DNA of 64,000 nt, taken from contig NIVC01000270.1 of the NCBI GenBank assembly GCA_002269645.1, forward strand, positions 1 through 64,000, in the 5' to 3' direction. The stretch's first letter is position 1. The number at the start of each line of letters is the position of its first letter. The stretch is from Macrostomum lignano (lineage: Eukaryota). Made by a program: the position numbers and the translations under genes. Positions 17,601 to 30,999 of this stretch are shown one piece after another. The notes under the pieces were generated by a model. The model did no database searches and had not been told where the DNA came from. It saw nothing but the letters and a program-made list of their open reading frames with translations.

Positions 17601-20600
17601 GGATTAAAGATCCGGTAAAAAGGGATTAACGATCCGGTAGAAGGGATTAATGATCCGGTAAAAGGGATTAACGATCCGGTAGAAGGGATTAAAGATCCGG
17701 TAAAAAGGGATTAACGATCCGGTAGAAGGTATTAACAATCCAATAAGAAGGGATTAAAGATCCGGTAAAAAGGGATTAACGATCCGGTAGAAGGTATTAA
17801 CAATCCAATAAGAAGGGATTAAAGATCCGATAAAAAGGGATTAACGATCCGGTAGAAGGGATTAACAATCCAATAAGAAGGGATTAAAGATCCGGTAAAA
17901 AGGGATTAACGATCCGGTAGAAGGTATTAACAATCCAATAAGAAGGGATTAAAGATCCGATAAAAAGGGATTAACGATCCGGTAGAAGGGATTAACAATC
18001 CAATAAGAAGGGATTATTTAAAGATCCGGTAAAAAGGGATTAACGATCCGGTAGAAGGGATTAACAATCCAATAAGAAGGGATTAAAGATCCGATAAAAA
18101 GGGATTAACGATCCGGTAGAAGGGATTAACAATCCAATAAGAAGGGATTAAAGATCCGGTAAAAAGGGATTAACGATCCGGTAGAAGGTATTAACAATCC
18201 AATAAGAAGGGATTAAAGATCCGGTAAAAAGGGATTAACGATCCGGTAGAAGGGATTAACAATCCAATAAAAAGGGATTAAAGATCCGGTAAAAAGGGAT
18301 TAACGATCCGGTAGAAGGGATTAACAATCCAATAAGAAGGGATTAAAGATCCGGTAGAAGGGATTAATGATCCGGTAAAAGGGATTAACGATCCGGTAGA
18401 AGGATTAACAAGCCGCTCGAAGAATCGATAATCCGATAGATGAATCGATAATCCAGCATAACAATCGTTAATCCAAAATTTTTTTCAAGATTCCGATTAA
18501 ACCAGCGGAAAATCGATGAAAGTTATCAATCAAATAAATTTCTCTTAAGTCTTTACTAACCTGCAATTCAGTCTTCACCGCTTCAGCCGCAGCCTCCGCA
18601 GCCTCCAGCATGTCAGCTCGCTGGCTAGCCAGCTTGGCCGTCTCATCCAGCTCGGCCTGCAGTTTAGCAATTTTATTTTCGGCCGTAGCCAACAGCTGGT
18701 CGCCCTTAGCAACGCTGGCCGAGGCGCGCTTTAAATCGGTGTCGCGTCGTTTCAATCGGCGCTCGCACAGGCGCAGCTGGTCGGCCAATGCGGAAGAAGA
18801 TGCGACCTGACAAATATTATATAGTCGCCTTCGATTACAAAACGCTAACTACACTACTTAATAGAGTAGGCAAGTAGCGAGTTTTTTTAGTTTTGAAATT
18901 AGAAAATTTTCAGATGGTTTGGGTTGAGGCATGTAAATGCGTTCTACACAGAAAGTTCTACCAATTTAACACTATAAACACACTGTAGTAAAACATGAAA
19001 ACAAAGAAATTTACGAGCGTCTGATCCTAGATGTAAGTAATGTGAAACTTGTAGCTCTGGATTTGCTTCCAGACGCATGGACAACCTGAAGTTGAAGGAC
19101 GCGTAGAAGGACGCATAGCGCTGAATGGGGTTTCGCCATAGACAAATTCGCCCGTATCAGAAATTGACCCTACGTCAGTGTACATGCCTGACGATTAGAA
19201 AGTCACAAGGGCCGCTGTACACCCTGTGTGAGCATGTGTGCGAGTGCGTTCCTGCGTCAGCGGAATGGGCAGGATTGCCGTCAGCGTTGAGTGCGGGACG
19301 ATGTCGCCGAAGGCGTTGCGCCAGGGTGCCCGTAGCCCTAAAAATTCGTTATTCTACTTTGCCGGTTTCACCTCATCAAACGCCCTACCTGAGCCTCCAG
19401 CTCGGCAATCCGAGCATCCTTAGCCGCCAGTCGACCCTCGGCGGCTCCCAGTTCGGACTCGACGCGACCTCGAGCAGCCTCGGCCGCCTGGGCCGACCGT
19501 TCACCGGCCGCGGTCAGCTCGGCCAGGCGAGCCTTCAATCGGTCGACTTTGTCGCGCATCCGGCCGGCCTCGGCCTCGTAGCGGTCGCGGCACTGGTCGC
19601 TGGCCAGCGCCTCCTCCAATCGCTTCTCCACCGCTAGCCGCTTCGCCACCTCTTCGTCGGCGCGGCGCGTCTCGCGTTGAACGCAATTGGCTTGCTCAGC
19701 GGCCAGCCGGTCGGCTGATTGGCGCAGCTCCGCCGCCTCCGCCAGGCGGCGCTCCAGCTCGGTGCGCTCAGCGTCGCCCGACACCAGCTGGCGCTCCAGC
19801 TCGCCGATGCGCCTCTGCAACTGGCCGATGGTGGCTTCGGAGCGGCTGAGCGCCTGGCGCAGGCGGACCTGCTCAGCGACGTGACCCGAGACGCGAGACT
19901 CGAGCTCCTGTCGGCCGGCGTCTCTGCCCGACAGCTGCTCCTTCAGGTGCGCCACCTGAGGTGGGATTAGTGCGACTGTGATGATCTCTTTCTTGAGATT
20001 TTCAGTTGCTGGGCCAGCCTCCCAGATCCTCAGTTGCTGGGTCAGCCTCCCAGATCCTCAGTTGCTGGGCCAGCCCTCCCAGATCCTCAGTTGCTGGGCC
20101 AGCCTCCCAGATCCTCAGTTGCTGGGCAAGCTTCCCATCCCAAAAAGTTAATTTGGTTTATTCTGGAACCCATCTTAAAATCAATCACTTTGTTCTCTCC
20201 TAGGGAAATGGATTGCTAGACTGAATAAAAACCCCCTATTAGATATTTATATAGCCCGTACTGTATGAATGGACAAACCTGGGCCCGCAGCTCAGCCAGC
20301 TCCGTCAGGTCCTTAGCTGTAGCGTCGGCTTCATCTCGCAGCATGCGCAGTTCGCAGTCAGATTGGTCCGCTTTCAGTCTAAGCTCGCGGGCTTCAACGC
20401 GAAGCGTCTCGGCGGCGTCCAGACTCTGCTGAAGCTTGGCGCGCCATTCGGACTCCGTCTGACCTAGCTGGCGGTTCAACTTTCGGTTTTGGCATTCCAG
20501 CTCGTCCAGCTGCTCCTGAGTGGTGGTGTTTAGGGAAGGAATCGTTTGCTATAGTCCGTTGCTCAGTCAAATCTGTCAATAGTCTCTTAGAGCCCGTCCC

Positions 20601-22156
20601 TACAGACTCTCAACTGTCCCTACAGACTCTCAACTGTCCCTACACTCTCAAATTACATTCCTACAGACTCTCAACTGTCTACAGACTATCAACTGTCCCT
20701 ACAGACTCTCAACTGTCCCTACAGACTCTCAACCGTCCCTACAGACTCTCAACTGTCCCTACAGACTCTCAACTGTCCCTATAGACTCTCAACTGTCCCT
20801 ACAGACTCTCAACTGTCCCTACACTCTCAAATTACATTCCTACAGACTCTCAACTGTCCTTACAGACTCTCAACTGTCCCTACAGACTCTCAACTGTCCC
20901 TACAGACTCTCAACTGTCCCTACAGACTCTCAACTGTCCCTACAGACTCTCAACTGTCTCTACAGACTCTTAACTGTCCCTACAGACTCTCAACTGTCCC
21001 TACAGATTCTCAACTGTCCCTACAGACTCTTAACTGTCCCTACAGACTCTCAACTGTCCCTACAGACTCTCAACTGTCCCTACAGACTCTTAACTGTCCC
21101 TACAGATTCTCAACTGTCCCTACAGACTCTTAACTGTCCCTACAGACTCTCAACTGTCCCTACAGATTCTCAACTGTCCCTACAGACTCTTAACTGTCCC
21201 TACAGAACCTTAACCGTCCCTACAGACTCTCAACTGTCCCTAGAGACTCTCAACTGTCCCTACAGACTCTCGACTGTCCCTACAGATTCTCAACTGTCCC
21301 TACAGACTCTTAACTGTCCCTACAGAACCTTAACCGTCCCTACAGACTCTCAACTGTCCCTAGAGACTCTCAACTTCCGTCCCTACAGACTCTCAACTGT
21401 CCCTACAGACTCTCAACTGTCCCTACAGACTCTCAACTGTCCCTACAGACTCTCAACTGTCCCTACACTCTCAAATTCCATTCCTACAGACTCTCAACTG
21501 TCTACAGACTATCAACTGTCTACAGACTCTCAACTTCCGTCCCTACAGACTCTTAACTGTCTCTACAGACTCTCAACTTCCATCCCTACAGACCCTCGAA
21601 CTCCATCCCTACAGACTCTCAACCTCCATCCCTACAGACCCTCAACCTCCATCCCTACAGACTCTCAACCTCCATCCCTACAGACTCTCAACCTCCATCC
21701 CTACAGACTCTCACTCGCACGAACCTTGTAAGTCTCTACGCCATTGGCAGAGCCAGCCTGTTTAGCTTCCAAATCGAGTTTCCGCATTCGAGACTGCAGT
21801 CGCGACAATTCCCACGATAGCTTTTCCAAATTAGTCAATAGTTGATGATTCTGACGAACTAGTTCGGTATTCTCTTCGCGAGACTCGGCTAATCTACGCC
21901 GTAGCAAACTGTTGTCAAGGTCAACAGCGGACATTGGCATTTGCTGCTGCTGCTGCTGCTCTTGCTGCTGCTGAAACCTACCACCGATAGCCGATTCGGT
22001 AGTTTGAAACTTTGACAGGGCCAATAAAGTGACCAGCGACACCGACTGGGCATCCTCGGGCTGGTCAACATCGGCGGACTCGGCGGCTGCCGCAGCCGCT
22101 TTGCCTGACGAGGTGGCAGCGCCATGCGTTGAATGCAGCGGCCCCGACTGAAGCAT
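14662..22156 (-). CDS. Multi-exon long coiled-coil protein, possibly CCDC18-like; 3' end not in view. Exons 21725-22156, 20279-20515, 19389-19955, 18561-18806, 17130-17459, 14662-15281
   Basis: Six GT-AG-bounded blocks join in frame (phase 0 junctions) and encode A/E/L/R/Q heptad sequence. SREENTELVRQNHQLLTNLEKLSWELSRLQSRM resembles my recollection of the CCDC18 N-terminal conserved segment (unverified). The last donor at 14661 is tentative. Confidence 0.8.
15330..15630 (+). mobile_element. SINE-family fragment related to 30391-30668
   Basis: Shares ttcatt-ggggctt, ttggccag-gggttgt, ccaaaggcaca-agtgtacat and gtca---ccgctg-acac blocks with the copy at 30.4-30.7 kb, and its 3' part with 19180-19340. 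Confidence 0.55.
15645..17045. repeat. 24-bp minisatellite (ccgacactagactcagagcactct)n, intronic
   Basis: About 58 tandem copies with a few recurring variants. Confidence 0.97.
17560..18410. repeat. ~20/21-bp subunit tandem repeat (gggattaacgatccggtagaa and variants), intronic
   Basis: Alternating variants form ~61-bp higher units. Confidence 0.9.
19180..19340 (+). mobile_element. SINE-family fragment
   Basis: agtgtacatgcctgacgattagaaagtca...ccgctgtacaccctgtgtgag, shared with the copies at 15.4, 30.4 and 60.1 kb. Confidence 0.55.
20004..20128. repeat. ~28-bp tandem repeat (cagttgctgggccagcctcccagatcct) x4
   Basis: Direct tandem copies. Confidence 0.85.
20590..21715. repeat. 21-bp minisatellite (ctacagactctcaactgtccc)n, intronic
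   Basis: About 50 tandem copies. Confidence 0.95.
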
Positions 22157-22649
22157 TCGATCTTCTTCTGCGTGAGTTCTTCTTTGCCGCGCTCAATTTA
22201 CCCTGCTAATCTTTCTCTGTCTCTTTCTTGACGAACGAGTTTTGCTTTTATTAAGCTGAAGAGAACATTGACATAATGAATGTCATTAGATTGGCACTCT
22301 TACACCCTGATCTCTAGGACCCTCTAGGACCCTGATCGCTACGCAATTACATTAGGGTAAACTATAGAGAGTTCAGCTTAATTTGCCACCAGCTCACGGT
22401 AAGCTGCCCTGTGTGGTACCTACCGCAAGAAGCCTATTCAACTGCATACTAACCGCGGCCAACTCAGCTTAACTTGCAATTGCTCAATAGCAGTAGCACA
22501 GATAATATACATGCATAATAGCAATAATTTATTACACCTGCCCTAATAGGACAGCAACCGACAGCTCAGCCGCAGCTATTGCGCGGCGCATCTGAAGGCT
22601 GCGTACGGCTGTTCAGTCCAAGGACTGGGGGGTCGCCACACACCCTCAA

Positions 22650-22727
22650 TTACCCCAGCTAATGCTGGCACCCATTTTACAGCTGGGTGAACTGAAGCAA
22701 TGCAGAGTTAAGTGTCTTGCTCATGGA
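22650..22727 (-). mobile_element. Possible SINE core fragment
   Basis: ggcacccattttacagctgggtgaactgaagcaa...aagtgtcttgctca resembles the conserved central domain of aquatic tRNA-SINEs as I recall it. Confidence 0.4.
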
Positions 22728-23546
22728 TTGAGAATGATTGACAGTGTATTAGAATGAAATGAATGTTCGATTCAGATTAGCTAACAGATTTTGTTATGAT
22801 ACGTCAGATTCATAATGGGTTTTGGCCATAGACAAAAAATCATCTTACTAAGAATACTTTAAGGTCGCACCCAATTTCCAGCCGAACAGATTCGATTTCG
22901 CAAACGCGTCGTCAGTAATCTGGAGGAAGAGGGTTTACGCACGCACAGGAAACAAAATCTGTTTGACTTGAATTATACTGCTCTTCCAGGCCCAGGGGTC
23001 AGTAGAGTCCATAAAGTAGGGATAGGGATAGTCATATAGGGATCGGACTACTTAGCAACTATAGATAAGTAGTATAAAGTAGAGTCCAACTGAATCTGAG
23101 ATTTCTGACGACTATATTTGATTCGAGTTTTCGGACTTACATGTAAAATTAATCATATTCGAGTTTTAAGTGGCAGTTTGATTAGTTGCAAGAAAAACTG
23201 TGTTAGAAATGTTTAAAAAATCGAGAATGAATCGATGATGAAATGACTCGAGAAGCATGACAATTTGTTTCGAATTGTCAATGCCAACCGACCTCAACTA
23301 GCTTCAGTTTGCCAGTAAGTGGCGTCGCAGTGGGGGCGGAGATATTTGTATAATACTACTTATATTTTAGAATCTACGAGCTATAATTACACAAGTCAAA
23401 AATCCAAGCTCGGCTGGACCCTTGTAAAGAGCATGGTCTATAAAACTGTTTTATCTCAGCCACAGAGTACACACTTAAATTACTGTTCTTGTCCACCTTG
23501 AAAGCCATTTACCACAACAAATAGTTAGAAGAAAAAAGGCAACCAT

Positions 23547-24179
23547 TCAATTATTGAAGGCCGGATTATCGAACCCGCCTCGGACAGCGCCAGCAACAGG
23601 CGATCCACCGCCAGGCGCGGGGGAAGCAGAAGCTACCGACGCCGCCGCCGACAAGGCCGGCGATCCGACGCGCAGTTCTAAAAATCGACTACGTCGACGT
23701 TGCGCCGCCAAACGAGCGGCAATTCTAGCCGTTGTGCTGTCAATCGACGTGTCAGACGATGTCGCCATAGACGAAGAGTCGCTCTCATCGCCGTCCTCGT
23801 CGCCTTCGTCAACAACTTCGTCGCCGTCAACGTCGGTGGCGGCAGCAAAGGACGAGGCGCCAGTTGAAGCATGCTCAACAGTGACAAGAACCGATGGATT
23901 TGAATGACCAACCGTGGAGCCGGCGGAGGCTGCACCAAACTGATGCTGGGTGGTTTTACGATGCCGACGCTTTCGATGCCGACTTCTACAGGCCCGACAG
24001 GCGATGACGCCGCAGTGAATTATAACAGTTAGCAACAGCAGGCCAGCCAGGGTGCCTAGCAGCATAAACACTGCTATGATTGGATCGCCGCTCTCCAGCT
24101 CGGCTGTGTACGGCGCACCGTCCGACTCTGGATAAGTGGCGTCGCAGCTTAGCCAGGACTGACTGCCGCCCATCCGCAC
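23547..24179 (-). CDS. Uncharacterised single-pass membrane protein (~210 aa, intronless)
   Basis: GC-rich ORF; hydrophobic IIAVFMLLGTLAGLLLLTVIIHCGVIAC followed by basic RSRHRKRRHRK, an acidic patch and C-terminal FDNPAF. Confidence 0.75.
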   Translation of the reverse strand: MRMGGSQSWLSCDATYPESDGAPYTAELESGDPIIAVFMLLGTLAGLLLLTVIIHCGVIACRACRSRHRKRRHRKTTQHQFGAASAGSTVGHSNPSVLVTVEHASTGASSFAAATDVDGDEVVDEGDEDGDESDSSSMATSSDTSIDSTTARIAARLAAQRRRSRFLELRVGSPALSAAASVASASPAPGGGSPVAGAVRGGFDNPAFNN

Positions 24180-25099
24180 CGATGAAACCTTGGCACTATT
24201 AGACTCTCGAATGTGCTTCTTCTTTGTGTGTGCTCAAATGCTGTTCCTTCTTACTCACTTTCTCTCCCTAGGCCAGGCCTTCGTCAAGAGTTTTTTATTT
24301 TATTTTATTTTGTCCGCCCCTTCCGGTGAGTAGCAAACAAAATTTATGACAACGCGAACGCGGTGTATTTTATGTGTATAAATTTATATACAGAAACTGA
24401 AATCGCACTGCCAGAACAAAAACAGAATCTCTGCTGCTATAAGGCGAGGGAAGAGAAGAATGCTCTGCAAGATCTGTGCAAGGACACTACACAGTAAGAG
24501 GATTATTTTGCTTCTTCGTTTTCCCAAATCCACCCCAGAAAGAATCCTGGTTGGCCACGACTCAGCCTTCCTGAATACTCTGTTTTAAGCTGAGATTAGA
24601 GTTTGAGACGAAACGCGACCAAAAAAATAATCTTCCAGCTGGTGAAAGCGGCTTAATTAATCGATACTCAATCAATACTTCAATAAATATTTATTCAACA
24701 AGCCGAAGCTCTAGCCGTAAAAAGAGGGTATTAATTTACACTCCAAAGAATGACCAAACAGACTAGATAAATCAATTCAATTCGTTTCTTCTACCCAGTA
24801 GGAATTGAAAATTGCTCTTCTTAGTGTGAAAAGAGCACTCAATATAAAGTTCGTTGGACTCCTTCACTTTCCGAAGTCATTTGGAATTAACGGGCGGAAG
24901 AATATAAAACTTAATGCATTTCTACTGCTGAACTCTTTGAACTTTTCTGCATGGGTCTTTAACCGGTTTTAGAGTTCTTTAGTGGCAACCTTCTCCAGGA
25001 AATTCTTCGGAAACTAAGTGAGCCATGGGAAATCTGTGAGCGATTTTAGGGCATTCTAGATTCTAGGGGACACTTGTGAGCGACTATGGGAAATTCGAT

Positions 25100-26458
25100 A
25101 GTCATTCTTCGGCAAATTTGTGAGCGATTCTATGAAAAATTTGTTTGCGATTTTAATGAAAATTTGTGAGTGATTCTATGTGAAATTTGTATGCGATTTT
25201 AATGAAAATTTGTGAGTGATTCTATGTGAAATTTGTATGCGATTTTAATGAAAATTTGTGAGTGATTCTATGTGAAATTTGTATGCGATTTTAATGAAAA
25301 TTTGTGAGTGATTCTATGTGAAATTTGTAAGCGATTTTAAGTAAAATTTGTGAACTATTCTATCTGAAATTTGTATGCGATTTTAATGAAAATTTGTGAA
25401 CTATTCTATCTGAAATTTGTATGCGATTTTAATGAAAATTTGTGAGTGATTCTATGTGAAATTTGTAAGCGATTTTAAGTAAAATTTGTGAACTATTCTA
25501 TCTGAAATTTGTATGCGATTTTAATGAAAATTTGTGAACTATTCTATCTGAAATTTGTATGCGATTTTAATGAAAATTTGCGAGTGATTCTATGTGAAAT
25601 TTGTATGCGATTTTAATGAAAATTTGAGTGATTCTATGTGAAATTTGTAAGCGATTTTAAGTAAAATTTGTGAACTATTCTATCTGAAATTTGTATGCGA
25701 TTTTAATGAAAATTTGAGTGATTCTATGTGAAATTTGAATGCGATTTTAATGAAAATTTGAGTGATTCTATGTGAAATTTGAATGCGATTTTAATGAAAA
25801 TTTGTGAGTGATTCTATGTGAAATTTGTATGCGATTTTAATGAAAATTTGAGTGACTATGTGAAATTTGTATGCGATTTTAATGATAATTTGTGAGTGAT
25901 TCTATGTGATATTTGTATGCGATTTTAATGAAAATTTGTGAGTGATTCTATGTGATATTTGTATGCGATTTTAATGAAAATTTGAGTGATTCTATGTGAA
26001 ATTTGTATGCGATTTTAATGAAAATTTGTGAGTGATTCTATGTGATATTTGTATGCGATTTTAATAAAAATTTGTGAAAGATTCTATGTGAAAATTGTAT
26101 GCGATTTTAATGAAAATTTGTGAAAGATTCTATGTGAAATTTGTAAGCGATTTTAATGAAAATTTGTGAAAGATTCTATGTGATATTTTTAAGCGATTTT
26201 GAGGAAAATTCGTGAACGATTCTATGTGAAATTTGTAAGCGATTTTAATGAAAATTTGTGAAAGGTTCTATGTGATATTTGTAAGCGATTTTGAGGAAAA
26301 TTCGTGAACGATTCTATGTGAAATTTGTAAGCGATTTTAATGAATATTTGTGAAAGATTCTATGTGATATTTGTAAGCGATTTTGAGGAAAATTTGTGAA
26401 CGATTATATGTGAAATTTGTATGCGATTTTGTATGAAAATTGTATGAAATTTGTATGC
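25100..26458. repeat. AT-rich ~42-44-bp satellite (gattctatgtgaaatttgtatgcgattttaatgaaaatttgtga), left part
   Basis: Tandem copies built from ~21-bp subunits; resumes at 29423. Confidence 0.95.
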
Positions 26459-28981
26459 CAGGCCACAGTTTTGTAGGGCTCGGCCCGTACCAATCGCACT
26501 GGAGGCCAAGATCAACGCGGAGCTGGATCGATTGCAAATGTTGGGCGTCATCGAGCCCATTGAGGGCCCTGTCAACAACGCGTCGCCCGTCGTGTGGGTG
26601 AAGAAGAAGGATGGCTCATTAAGAATGTGTGCCGACTATAGCGTACACGTCAACGCAAAAATCCAATCAGATTCCTACCCCATTCCAAACGTCGAGACGA
26701 TGTTCTCACGGCTCAAGAATTCAAAGACATTCGCTACTGTGGATTTGCGTTCTGCCTATTGGCAGATCGAACTGGATGATTCCGCTCGGGATTTATCCAT
26801 AATAAACACATCCCGGGGGCTCTACCGCGTCAATAGGCTTCAAATGGGGATGAAGAACGCTTCCTTCATCTTCCAACGCACAATGGAGTCCATTTTGGGT
26901 GATATTAAAGGTCTACTCATCTACCAAGATGATATTCTCGTACACGCACCGGACGCAGTCGTCTTGGAGAAGCGACTAGCGGCAGTCAGGAAGCGCCTCA
27001 CCGAGAAGCGAGTGACTATAAACGAATCCAAGTGCATCAACTACTCTGACTCTGTGTCATTTCTAGGCTTCCGGATTTCCGCCGCCGGAATCCAGCCAGA
27101 CGAGCGTCTCGTAGAGAAGATTCGCCATGTATGCATACCGAAAAACAAGACGGAGCTCTCCCAGTTTCTAGGTCTAGTCAATTTCTTCGGACGATTGATT
27201 CCGAACTTTGCAGGCAAAACTGCTCCGCTTAACAGACTGCGAAAGGCTGGCATTCCGTTCACCTGGTCAGACGAGTGTTCCCGAGCCTTCAATAATCTGA
27301 AAGCGGAGATTGCATCCGCGCCGGTCGTGCAGCCATACAGTCTGACTAAAGAGCTGATTCTGACGACAGATGCGTCCAAAGGTGCACTCGCCGCCGTGGC
27401 AACGCAGGAGGGTCATCCGGTAATATACGTCTCCCGTACCCTTTCGGCCGCTGAAAGCAACTATTCAAACATCGAACGCGAAGCACTTGCAATCTTCTGG
27501 GCCGTCTCCCGACTCAAGCATTTCCTACACGGTCGCAAGTTCGTGATTCAGACAGATCATCAGCCGCTACTGCGCCTCTATGGAAGCGGGATTCCGCTAA
27601 ATACGTCAGCGAGGATTGGCCGCTGGGCCATGTACTTAATGCAGTTCGACTTTGACATCCGGTACGCGCGAGGGAGCAGCATTCCCCATGCTGACGCAAT
27701 TTCTAGACTGCGCTTTGACGACTGCACCTCGGACGACAAGGAGACGTTTGAAGCTATTAATGCTGTGGCTTTTGAGGCACCGGTGATTGACGCAGATAGG
27801 GTTGCAGCCGAACTGAGTACTGACGCGTTCGCTCAACGCATCTTGGAGCGTGTACGCTCCGGCAATTGGAGGAGTTGCAGTCAGGCAGAGGCATCCTTCA
27901 AGAAGGTTGCGGAGACACTAACGCTGGAGAACGGGCTTCTCTATATGCAGAGACGCGTGTTTATACCACCGCGGCTGCGCAAGGCAGCGTTTGAGGCCGT
28001 TCATGACACCCATTCAGGTGCACAAGCTTCGTACAACCTGCTCTCAGCGTCCTGCTGGTGGCCTGGCATGCAGCAGGATGTAACCCAGTTTGTCCAGCGC
28101 TGCCCAGGCTGTTGCCACTTGCGACCTCGCTTGGGAAATGACAGAGACCACTGGCCGGCAGCTTCGTACCCGTTTCAACGTATCCATATGGACTGGGCCT
28201 ATGTGAAGGACGCCGGTAACATTCTAGTCATCGTTGACACATTTTCTGGCTGGATAGAGGCATTCCCCTGTCGGAATAGAACTGGCGAATCAGTTATGCA
28301 GTGTTTGCGCGCAGTGTTCGCACGCTTTGGAGTGGCCGAGCTGGTAGTGTCCGATAATGCACCAGAGTTCATCGGTGATCCCCTCTACTCTTGGCTACGG
28401 GCCAATGGTGTCCATAAACTTGAATCGCCAGCTTATTATCCACAGGCAAACGGAGCGGCCGAACGCGCTGTACAGACCGTCAAAGCTGCACTGCGCGCGT
28501 GGTCAGAGAGAGAATTACGCACATGGAATTCAGCCATTTTCTGCAGAAAGTGCTGCTCCACCATCGGAACTCAGCATCGTCGCGGGGGCAATGCCCGGCC
28601 GAGATACTGTTCGGCAAAAAGCTCAGAGTACCGGTGGTGACGCACTTTGAGCAAGGTGACGGCGTCATGTATCGGCCTACCGCCTCCGCAAGCACCAACT
28701 CAGCCACATTTCTAATGACGTCAGGGCGCAACACCGCATGGATTCTGGCTAAAAATGGATTGCACCTGGCCAGTACAAACCAACTGGCGCCCGCGGCCGA
28801 TCCATTCGCCACCGACGAGGAGGATAGCTATGAAACCGATGCTCCAGTTCCGAACGTCGACGAGGACTCAAGAGACGAAGACCCTGCTACGGGACAGGAG
28901 GGTCCAACCCAGGAGCATGGGGCTGCGTTGCCCCGCCGTAGCACCCGTGCATGCCGCGCGCCTGATCGCTTCTCACCATGA
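26459..28981 (+). pseudogene. Truncated pol with a +2 frameshift at the AG run (~28505-28513)
   Basis: Integrase C-terminus continues in ORF 28499-28981 (RITHMEFSHFLQKVLLHHRNS...CPAEILFG). Confidence 0.85.
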
Positions 28982-29160
28982 TTGACTCACTGACAATTCT
29001 TCAGATAACAAAAACTGCTCTACTTAATCATATACCTAACATAACGCTCTGGCATAGTCGTTTCCCACATATGATAGTTTGAATAGTTCTTTCTATGATT
29101 GTTGCTCACGCGCGTATGCGTGAATATCGGCCCCACGCCCTTCGTTCCGTAAGGGGGACA

Positions 29161-29422
29161 TGTTGTGCATCAGAGCTCAGCCTATAGCTTTAGTGCATTA
29201 TTGTTTTTCTGTCTATGTGACTTAAGCTCGCTCAACTTTCGTTTTGTTGCTGTTTAGTTAGTCTATGGCAGTATACTCTTTCTTTCGCAGAGCTCCTCTC
29301 GGTTTCAGCCCTTCTCCCCCTCAAGACCCCGCCCAGAGCTATGCGTTCAAGATTCCTGATTATACCATCAAATATAAACGATAGCCTTGCACCGCTCGTC
29401 ATCTTAATCTCGACACACATCA
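29161..29422 (+). repeat. 3' LTR (262 bp) of the truncated element
   Basis: TGTTG...CATCA directly after the PPT and directly before the satellite resumes. Confidence 0.8.
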
Positions 29423-30270
29423 GATTCTATGTGATATTTGTAAGCGATTTTGAGGAAAATTTGTGAACGATTATATGTGAAATTTGTATGCGATTTTAAG
29501 GAAAATTTTTGAGCGATTCTATGTGAAATTTGTGAACGATTCTATGTGAAATTTGTGAGCGATTCTATGTGAAATTTGTGTACAATTCTAAGTGAAATTT
29601 GTGAACGATTCTATGTGAAATTTGTATGCGATTTCAAGGAACATTTGTGAGCGATTCTATGTGAAATTTGTGAACGATTCTAAGTGAAATTTGTGAACGA
29701 TTCTATGTGAAATTTGTATGCGATTTTAAGGAGCACTTGTGAGCGATTCTATGTGAAATTTGTGAACGATTCTAAGTGAAATTTGTGAACGATTCTATGT
29801 GAAATTTGTATTCGATTTTAAGCAACATTTGTGAGCGATTCTATGTGAAATTTGTGAACGATTCTAAGTGAAATTTGTGAACGATTCTATGTGAAATTTG
29901 TGAACGATTCTATGTGAAATTTGTATGCGATTTTAAGGAACATTTGTGAGCGATTCTATGTGAAATTTGTGAACGATTCTAAGTGAAATTTGTGAACGAT
30001 TCTATGTGAAATTTGTATGCGATTTTAAGGAACATTTGTGAGCGATTCTAAGTGAAATTTGTGAACGATTCTATGTGAAATTTGTATGCGATTTTAAGGA
30101 CCATTTGTGAGCGATTCTATGTGAAATTTGCGAACGATTCTAAGTGAAATTTGTGAACGATTCTATGTGAAATTTGTATGCGATTTTAAGGAACATTTGT
30201 GAGCGATTCTATGTGAAATTTGTGAACGATTCTATGTGAAATTTGCATGCGATTTTAAGGAAAATTTGTG
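29423..30270. repeat. AT-rich satellite, right part
   Basis: Same family as 25100-26458. Confidence 0.95.
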
Positions 30271-30390
30271 AGCAATTAAACAAGAAGTTCGCTAAATATT
30301 ACAACAGAAACCCACGGACTATCAGACTTCAGCGATTAATAAGTACAATTTGGCACAAGTTATAGGAAATTCATCTAGAAATCTTGAATA

Positions 30391-30668
30391 TAATAATAAT
30401 ATGGTAGTAAATACAAGCGCGCCAATACTGTACGCAGACACGCATTCATGATGCACTCGCTCACACAGGGTGTACAGCGGTCCTGACTTTCCAATTCTGT
30501 AGGGATGTACACTCTCTGTGCCTTTGGTTTCGCACAACCCCCTGGCCAACTTCTTTTGGGCAATTTTCGCGCACACGCAAGCCCCAAATGAATGCGGCCA
30601 CGAACGGAATCGAACCAGGGGCCGTGGTGCGTGAGTCAGACGCGTTCACCGCTGAGCTGCTCCGCTCC
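30391..30668 (-). mobile_element. tRNA-derived SINE, apparently complete
   Basis: Minus strand: GGAGCGGAGCAGCTCAGCGGT (A-box-like)...GGTTCGATTCC (B box), then a body shared with three other copies in the window and an (ATT)n tail. Confidence 0.75.
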
Positions 30669-30999
30669 TAGTAAAAACAAGTGCCTACTCTCCTTACAAA
30701 CTATTAGCTATCTGTCTAAGAAAAAGTAAAAATGATGAAGAAAACAAACGCAGCAACGTTGCCTAAAAATATCAGATACCAAAGCCGCATATACTTAAAT
30801 CGAGCAACTTATTAGTCATACACAATAAACAATTGAAATGCTGATTTCCAATGCAATAACAATTTCTTTAAAAAATGCTGGGCCTAATTTACCTTGAACT
30901 CATACAACATACTACTATTGTTAGTATATGATTGGCATTAAATAGATTTTTTAATTTATTGAACTTGCTTTCCGATAAGCTTTTACAGCTTAGGGGCGA

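Larger units (their letters stand above)
26459..29422 (+). mobile_element. 5'-truncated Gypsy (Mag-like) LTR retrotransposon: RT-RH-IN plus 3' LTR
   Basis: ORF 26451-28640 with YQDD, LTTDAS, SNIEREALAI, integrase HHCC and DDE; PPT aagggggaca (~29151-29160); LTR TG...CA 29161-29422; no 5' LTR, gag or protease. Confidence 0.92.
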
